Below, piece by piece: positions 15,042 through 20,000 of a stretch of DNA of 20,000 nucleotides. Under the pieces are notes generated by a model. That model saw nothing but the letters and a program-made list of their open reading frames with translations. It searched no databases and was not told the origin of the DNA. Position 1 is the first letter of the stretch; the number at the start of each line of letters is the position of its first letter. This DNA comes from an uncultured virus (IMG/VR IMGVR_UViG_3300044617_000645) (Duplodnaviria; Heunggongvirae; Uroviricota; Caudoviricetes): the IMG/VR virus record IMGVR_UViG_3300044617_000645. One strand, written 5' to 3'. Made by a program: the position numbers and the translations under genes.

Positions 15042-15208
15042 GACCCTCTGCCCGTTTTTCGGGTAACTGCAGGGCCGCCAAAACCCTTACTTACCTTACC
15101 CTTTTTTCCGTTATTAGGATTGAACTGTCCTTTATTATTCGCTTGTATCGCTTTCTTACGTGCTAGTAATTCTGCGATTGGGTTTTTTGTTTTATTATCT
15201 TCGCTCAT
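15038..15208 (-). CDS. Small basic Lys/Gly-rich protein (56 aa), absent from the ORF track
   Basis: MSEDNKTKNPIAELLARKKAIQANNKGQFNPNNGKKGKVSKGFGGPAVTRKTGRGS*; ATGA overlap with the upstream stop; SD AAGGA. Confidence 0.82.
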   Translation of the reverse strand: MSEDNKTKNPIAELLARKKAIQANNKGQFNPNNGKKGKVSKGFGGPAVTRKTGRGS

Positions 15209-16002
15209 GTGAATATAGGTCCTTCTGTTTCAGGTCTCAACGACCTGTTATTTTTAAAACTAAAGTTCTTGCAAAATACGCTGGTGCACCAAGCATTATA
15301 ATTATTCCAACCTGGACCCCAGAAATCTATTCGCTTATACCCTTTATCTATCAAGTACTGTTGCAAAGTGTTATACTGCCAGCGATCACTGTTGTCCAAT
15401 ATGATCAACGTATCGTCTCTTGCTCGTTCGACGGCTAACACACCGCTTAATGCTCTAGCCATACCGTCTAACACGATCACATCAAAATATCCTTGTGGAT
15501 AATTATATAAAGTGCTGGCGTAGCCAGCGAATTCGTTGTTAATCAATCCATGCCTGACATCGTGATCCCTGTCATCACTACGTATCTGCGGAAAGTTTGT
15601 AATGAAGTTGTTTACGACTTCCAATGCATCATCGTGTACTTTTGCATTTTGATCTACTACATGTATCACTGCATTAGGTGCCTTTTCTTTGACATGATCT
15701 ACCCAGGTGATATCATGCTCGACACTAACTGTTTCTCTCACGTAATTGTTAAAGAATAGTGTGCTGTATCCACAACCATATTCGAATACTTTACTTTCTT
15801 TTGACAATACATCTTTTAAGAATGCGATTGCTGGAAATGTCATCCACGGGGTCACACCTTCTTCATCGCAAGGATGATCATGGAACCATCCATGCTCTTG
15901 CAAATATAGGTATGCGTGTGTGCTTAAATGTGAACTAAGATCGTTGGTGAGACTTAAACGTTTTACACCTTCGTGTTCTACTAATACTATAGGTTTTTTC
16001 AT
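15205..16002 (-). CDS. Class I SAM-dependent methyltransferase-like protein
   Basis: PWMTFPAIAFL, SAM motif I VFEYGCGYST, SVEHD, FDVIVLDG and IILDNSDR. Confidence 0.85.
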   Translation of the reverse strand: MKKPIVLVEHEGVKRLSLTNDLSSHLSTHAYLYLQEHGWFHDHPCDEEGVTPWMTFPAIAFLKDVLSKESKVFEYGCGYSTLFFNNYVRETVSVEHDITWVDHVKEKAPNAVIHVVDQNAKVHDDALEVVNNFITNFPQIRSDDRDHDVRHGLINNEFAGYASTLYNYPQGYFDVIVLDGMARALSGVLAVERARDDTLIILDNSDRWQYNTLQQYLIDKGYKRIDFWGPGWNNYNAWCTSVFCKNFSFKNNRSLRPETEGPIFT

Positions 16003-16403
16003 GTCTTTGCTGATTCAAGATATTCTAAGAAACTGCCATATAATGTGATCATCATGGCAATTTTACTATCATATATGCGTATATATGCTGTTTTAGCCTG
16101 CTGATTTTTTAATCCTATATACCAAGGACATTTTATTTTTTTGCCTAGTTTCAGCGTGAACCTCTTTAGGTCTTCTTTTTTCAGACCTTTATGCTTGTCA
16201 CCCACAAACAAAGGAAAATCATAATGCTCTATCTCAGCGAGTGAGAAGGCATCCATACCGTCTTCAGTAAGGCGCAGGCCAGAACCACTGCGTCCTGTAG
16301 CCCACCATTTAAATAACAAATCGTTGATTGAGTTTTTAGGTTGAGATAAGTCTATCTCTAGTATTTCTATCAGTGCTTGTGTGATAAGTTCTTTATTCTT
16401 CAT
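15999..16403 (-). CDS. Conserved phage hypothetical protein (134 aa)
   Basis: Translationally coupled ORF; WW...R...GLRLTE.G pattern. Confidence 0.82.
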   Translation of the reverse strand: MKNKELITQALIEILEIDLSQPKNSINDLLFKWWATGRSGSGLRLTEDGMDAFSLAEIEHYDFPLFVGDKHKGLKKEDLKRFTLKLGKKIKCPWYIGLKNQQAKTAYIRIYDSKIAMMITLYGSFLEYLESAKT

Positions 16404-16689
16404 CTGGGTAAACTTGTCTACCCTGGTTCATGAACACCACTGTAAACTTATCAGTTTTGAATTGATTGTTTAACTTACGACACAAGTTTCTAGCATGTCC
16501 TGGATTACTGAAACTAGTCTTTTTATACTTAGGAGCCGCTTCGTTCGCTAGGTAATGCTGACTCTTGAGATTGATCGGTTGTCCCTCATAAAACACAGCC
16601 CAAATACCAGAAGCCTCTACTATCTGGTCGCACTTGTACGTTGTTTTGTCAACATGCTCAAGTATTATTTTTGGTTGTGTTCTGCTCAT
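16393..16689 (-). CDS. Conserved phage hypothetical protein (98 aa)
   Basis: WAVFYEGQPINLK and PKYKKTSFSNPGHARNL; ATGA-coupled. Confidence 0.87.
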   Translation of the reverse strand: MSRTQPKIILEHVDKTTYKCDQIVEASGIWAVFYEGQPINLKSQHYLANEAAPKYKKTSFSNPGHARNLCRKLNNQFKTDKFTVVFMNQGRQVYPDEE

Positions 16690-16889
16690 TTAAATTTTCC
16701 ACCTGTAATCTCTACTTTGATAACTTCCTCAGTTTTTTTATCCTCATTATTAAGTTCATGTAGATCAGCAAGTAACTTCGCTATCTCATCCCTCAATACT
16801 CTAGCCTCTGACATGGGTAAAACAAGATCCTTAGACCTTTTGCTGTCCAAATGAGAGACTTTATCCATGAATCTCTTTATCTGAATCAT
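16686..16889 (-). CDS. Hypothetical protein (67 aa)
   Basis: ATG 6 nt after ATAAATA with no SD; short coiled coil; ends in GGKFK. Confidence 0.82.
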   Translation of the reverse strand: MIQIKRFMDKVSHLDSKRSKDLVLPMSEARVLRDEIAKLLADLHELNNEDKKTEEVIKVEITGGKFK

Positions 16890-16894
16890 CTTAA

Positions 16895-17344
16895 TTATTT
16901 ATGTGTTTTGGCCTCATCTTCTGATTTAAACGGACCCTCATAGGGGTATCGCTGTATGAAGATGTATTTGGGGCAAAAAACTGTCTGATTATGTCCATTT
17001 TGATCTATATTAAACCATCCTGCTACATGATAACACTTGCTTTTTGTCGTTTTTGTAAAGATATGTAACTTACGCTTGACATCAAACATATTGTTATATG
17101 TCTTGTTAGTAGTAGGATATTCAGGATAAGGCATCTCTACCTTAGTCCTATTACTCTTCATAGGTTGAAAACTAATCTTAGTCTTCTTTTGTATATCCTT
17201 AGTATTGTTAAATTGTAGTGTGCTACCATTGATCATGACTTCATAGCCCGCGCTATTGGCCTGCACATTACCTACTTTTTTCTCACCGTCAGTCACGACC
17301 CAATATTGGTCTTTGATGATTGGTTTCGCTATTAGTTCTGTCAT
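16895..17344 (-). CDS. Conserved phage hypothetical protein (149 aa)
   Basis: SD GAGGA; LIAKPIIKDQYWVV and FCPKYIFIQRYPYEGPFK. Confidence 0.87.
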   Translation of the reverse strand: MTELIAKPIIKDQYWVVTDGEKKVGNVQANSAGYEVMINGSTLQFNNTKDIQKKTKISFQPMKSNRTKVEMPYPEYPTTNKTYNNMFDVKRKLHIFTKTTKSKCYHVAGWFNIDQNGHNQTVFCPKYIFIQRYPYEGPFKSEDEAKTHK

Positions 17345-17353
17345 ATTTCCTCT

Positions 17354-17956
17354 TTACGTTATCTCTATGAAATTAAAAATCTGTACTATCCTAGCATCTT
17401 CATCTTGCTCTCCGAACACCGGGCCTATGCCATGGAATTTGTTAGCAGGATATAGCAAGAATCTATTATAAACAATGTTTGATACAGTGTGTATAGTCCA
17501 TTTATCTAATTGGTTAAATTCATTATTTTGAATAATATGCTTAAGATGCTCTTTGCTCAATGCTCTATCTGAGTTGGTTGACTTTTGGTTATAAAAGATA
17601 GTACCGGGGGTGTCTTCTCTGTTTTTAGAAAGATACAACACACCCGCATAATAATTGGCATCAACGGAATCCGCATGTAACAAGTTTGATGATACCGTAC
17701 CTTTTTTACTAATCCTAAAAGAACCGTTATCCATCTGTCTCAACTGGCGCATATTCTTATTTAGAATCTTAGAAATTTTCACATCGATCCAAGTAGGGGA
17801 ATACGTATCCTTGCTCATTTTTCCTGGCCAAGGTGCATCACCAAACTTATAGCCTGATGATTTTTTATCTTCGTAATATTCGGAAGACAAAGCCATATCT
17901 CTGATACTATCAGGATCATCATAGAAATCATCGATTATGATTAATCCTAAATTCAT
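17354..17956 (-). CDS. 2OG-Fe(II) oxygenase-like protein (DUF6445-like)
   Basis: IIIDDFYDDPD N-terminus, HxD (LHAD), GVLYLS, GTIFY, YNRFLLY...KFH (distal His) and R-IVQ. ATG at 17956 overlaps the upstream stop. Confidence 0.8.
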   Translation of the reverse strand: MNLGLIIIDDFYDDPDSIRDMALSSEYYEDKKSSGYKFGDAPWPGKMSKDTYSPTWIDVKISKILNKNMRQLRQMDNGSFRISKKGTVSSNLLHADSVDANYYAGVLYLSKNREDTPGTIFYNQKSTNSDRALSKEHLKHIIQNNEFNQLDKWTIHTVSNIVYNRFLLYPANKFHGIGPVFGEQDEDARIVQIFNFIEIT

Positions 17957-18177
17957 TCTGATATGCTCTCCCAAAACAATTCGTTATCCTTGACATTTGC
18001 TATGGGTTTGAGCCAACCTCTATCAATACAATCTAGTAAAATTGATTTATATTCCCTAGGACATTTATCACTAATTTCAAACCCTGCTCTAGGTGCCATA
18101 ACTAATCCATCGATAATATGAAACTTTGGATCACCCGATTTAAGAGTTCGAATAGATGTTTGAGTAACCTTAAACAT
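17953..18177 (-). CDS. Hypothetical protein (74 aa)
   Basis: ATG at 18177 overlapping the end of the nuclease gene, after GGTGAG. Confidence 0.8.
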   Translation of the reverse strand: MFKVTQTSIRTLKSGDPKFHIIDGLVMAPRAGFEISDKCPREYKSILLDCIDRGWLKPIANVKDNELFWESISE

Positions 18178-19174
18178 TTGCCAACTCACCTGTATAAGGA
18201 TTGTTCAACCACTTTGCATAACTATCAGCCTGGTCGCTGATCTTTTGCAATTCATACTTGCCACAAAACTTCATGAAGTGAACACCAACTTGCGGTGTCG
18301 TCTTGAGGCGCACACCTGTAGTGATGCTAGCATCAACTATCTGCTTAATTTCATCAGGCTGCGCAGTCAGATCAATCAATAATCTATTACGTTCATAATC
18401 TTCACGTACACGATGTTCGACACCATCGGGGTCTACCCAACGCTGTAGCATCATGTTGTTCCAATTAAAGCCCTGCTTAGTGCGGTCAGCATATGCTTCG
18501 ATGAGACCGACTTTGTTCTTGCTACCCTTAGTACGCACTCCAGGATAAGCACTGAACACATTATCACCCGCGTCACCGCGCATGATCTTCTCAAACAATA
18601 CAAATTGTGGATCACCAAGCAACTTGGGTTCTTTAGTCTTTTTATCTTTGACTGGCTTACCCTTGTCATCAAAATAACCTTCAAGAGTAATTAGTTGGTT
18701 TGCGACACCGTTGTACTGCTTGACGTTGGGTGCGATCAATTGAATATAGTCTGTGTCGCTACTGATGATCACATGTTCATCGTTGGGATGTAGATGTACG
18801 AATCGTGCGATGAGGTCGTCTGCCTCAGCACGTTCATGTCGCAACACACTTACGTTAGTCTTCTCACGCAAAAACGTAGTGAACATATCATACGTTTCCC
18901 AGAACATCTTATTTTCTTCTGCTTCTGCCTCAGTGAGGCTTTGCTCTGCAACTTTACGATGTGCCTTATAAGGTGCATACACATCCTTGCGCCAACTACG
19001 ACCCTCAAGACAGAATACGACATGATCGATTCCATATTTGCGAACAGCCTGATTGACACTTGATAATGTCAAGTGCAGAGCCATGCCGATCTTTTCCCAA
19101 GTATCGCTATTGCGACTGGCAACATGTCGGGCACGGAAAAATGTATTAGCAGTATCAATCAGAGCATATTTCAC
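18170..19174 (-). CDS. rnh: T4 RNase H-like 5'-3' exonuclease / flap endonuclease
   Basis: LIDTANTFFR, SWRK...YKAHR, EADDLIA, IISSDTDY.QL, GDAGDNV and H3TH-like PGV. The start is GTG at 19174 or 19180. Confidence 0.93.
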   Translation of the reverse strand: MKYALIDTANTFFRARHVASRNSDTWEKIGMALHLTLSSVNQAVRKYGIDHVVFCLEGRSWRKDVYAPYKAHRKVAEQSLTEAEAEENKMFWETYDMFTTFLREKTNVSVLRHERAEADDLIARFVHLHPNDEHVIISSDTDYIQLIAPNVKQYNGVANQLITLEGYFDDKGKPVKDKKTKEPKLLGDPQFVLFEKIMRGDAGDNVFSAYPGVRTKGSKNKVGLIEAYADRTKQGFNWNNMMLQRWVDPDGVEHRVREDYERNRLLIDLTAQPDEIKQIVDASITTGVRLKTTPQVGVHFMKFCGKYELQKISDQADSYAKWLNNPYTGELANV

Positions 19175-19183
19175 AATCACACC

Positions 19184-19236
19184 TATTTAGTAGAATAATA
19201 TACGTATATTATACTAGGTGTTTGCGAACATGTCAA
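19184..19236 (-). promoter_or_regulatory. Tandem promoters for the nuclease operon: consensus sigma70 (19208-19236) and late-like CTAAATA (19184-19190)
   Basis: TTGACA-tgttcgcaaacacctag(17)-TATAAT, then CTAAATA just before the start. Confidence 0.8.
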
Positions 19237-19254
19237 CTAACTTAGGTACAGCCT

Positions 19255-20000
19255 TTACCCAAAGTTAAACAACATGATACCTGTGGGTTCGACTTTGTTT
19301 TTGGACAGTACCATTATGCTTTCATCTGTATTCAGATTTGATTTGGCACTAGGTCGTACCTTATTCTTAAGGTCAGTGGTCTGTATATGATGATAGCCCA
19401 AACTTTTTGCCAAGGATAAAGTATCCTCGTACAATTTATAATTTGAAAAATTCTTTATGTTAACTAGCAATTTACCTTCAGCAATTAGATATTTGTTGAT
19501 GTTCACCAATGTGGGCTTAAGATAATTGTCTAGCCATTGTTGATAAGTAGTTCCGGGTTTATACGATTGATTACCTACCCTATAATCTTCAAGATTAAAA
19601 TATGGAGGACTACTAAAAGCCAATCCAATCGTGTTCTCCCATTCAGGCACATACACCTCACTACCCTGGCATCGTATGTCGTATTTGCTATCTGTTAGGT
19701 TGGCTGTATCATAATCCTTTGCCATTTCAAATAATCTGTCAACCAACAAGTTATTAGGATCTGTCCCATAATACTCTACTTTATTTTTGATTGCGCTTAG
19801 TAATCTTACACCCCAACCACAACTAAAATCATAATACTTGTTATTCACATTGTAATATTTCAATATGTGGTCGGCAGTCTGCATTGGAAAGTTGCTCGGT
19901 TTCATAGCAACTCCCCCACCAGAAATTCTTAACGCCGTCTCTAAATTTTGTATATCAGTATTTGTTTTTGGATACACTTTTTCACTGGCTAATGTGCGGC
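19255..20000 (-). CDS. DNA amino-methyltransferase (N4-C/N6-A), 5' truncated by the window edge
   Basis: Motif I YYDFSCGWGVRL, YYGTDPN, catalytic motif IV FSSPPYF. The frame stays open to the edge (RTLASEKVYP...). Confidence 0.88.
   Translation of the reverse strand, partial: RTLASEKVYPKTNTDIQNLETALRISGGGVAMKPSNFPMQTADHILKYYNVNNKYYDFSCGWGVRLLSAIKNKVEYYGTDPNNLLVDRLFEMAKDYDTANLTDSKYDIRCQGSEVYVPEWENTIGLAFSSPPYFNLEDYRVGNQSYKPGTTYQQWLDNYLKPTLVNINKYLIAEGKLLVNIKNFSNYKLYEDTLSLAKSLGYHHIQTTDLKNKVRPSAKSNLNTDESIMVLSKNKVEPTGIMLFNFG

Noticed and set aside
7632..19059. Nested alternative-frame minus ORFs (7632-7817, 10697-10957, 18451-18684, 18850-19059)
   Set aside because: They lie entirely inside recognisable genes and have off-frame composition without initiation signals.
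618..19063. All plus-strand ORFs in the track (e.g. 7618-8238, 3548-4003, 10831-11235, 5536-5919)
   Set aside because: They are antisense shadows of well-supported minus-strand genes, with no SD or recognisable motifs.
7561..19174. Introns or inteins in the ligase or RNase H, and tRNA genes
   Set aside because: Both proteins are of normal length with contiguous motifs, and the short intergenic gaps show no cloverleaf or T-loop pattern.
512..19234. Shared TGTTCGCA / GCGAA(A)CAC word at 512-539, about 1076-1085 and 19219-19232
   Set aside because: The matches are short, imperfect and in inconsistent contexts, so they cannot be distinguished from chance.
1..20000. Stop-codon reassignment: none of the ~40 called genes ends in TAG
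   Set aside because: All recognisable genes are full length under code 11 with no internal TAG or TGA, so TAG is simply rare here. A whole-genome check would be needed to say more.

Overview
This 20 kb window comes from a large, AT-rich, T4-related (probably jumbo) tailed bacteriophage. About 40 tightly packed genes lie on the minus strand, and a partial plus-strand gene ends at the left edge. Left to right it holds: (1) a proteostasis/translation cluster of ClpS, Hsp20/IbpA (with a ROSE-like thermometer leader), ribosomal protein bS21 and ClpX; (2) two exported/lipoprotein genes; (3) a membrane coiled-coil gene whose downstream ORF appears reachable only by a -1 shift at an A9G / A_AAA_AAG slippery site; (4) small hypothetical genes, including three 'MNER...HFG' paralogues; (5) an ATP-dependent DNA ligase; (6) an early region with repeated sigma70 promoter-RBS cassettes and operator-like palindromes; (7) an FG-GAP lipoprotein, a SAM methyltransferase, a 2OG-Fe(II) oxygenase-like protein, a T4 RNase H-like 5'-3' nuclease and a partial DNA amino-methyltransferase. 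A T4-late-like (A/C)TAA(A/G)TA motif sits 5-6 nt before several SD-less start codons, which suggests leaderless late mRNAs. All functional calls come from motif recognition by eye; no searches were run.
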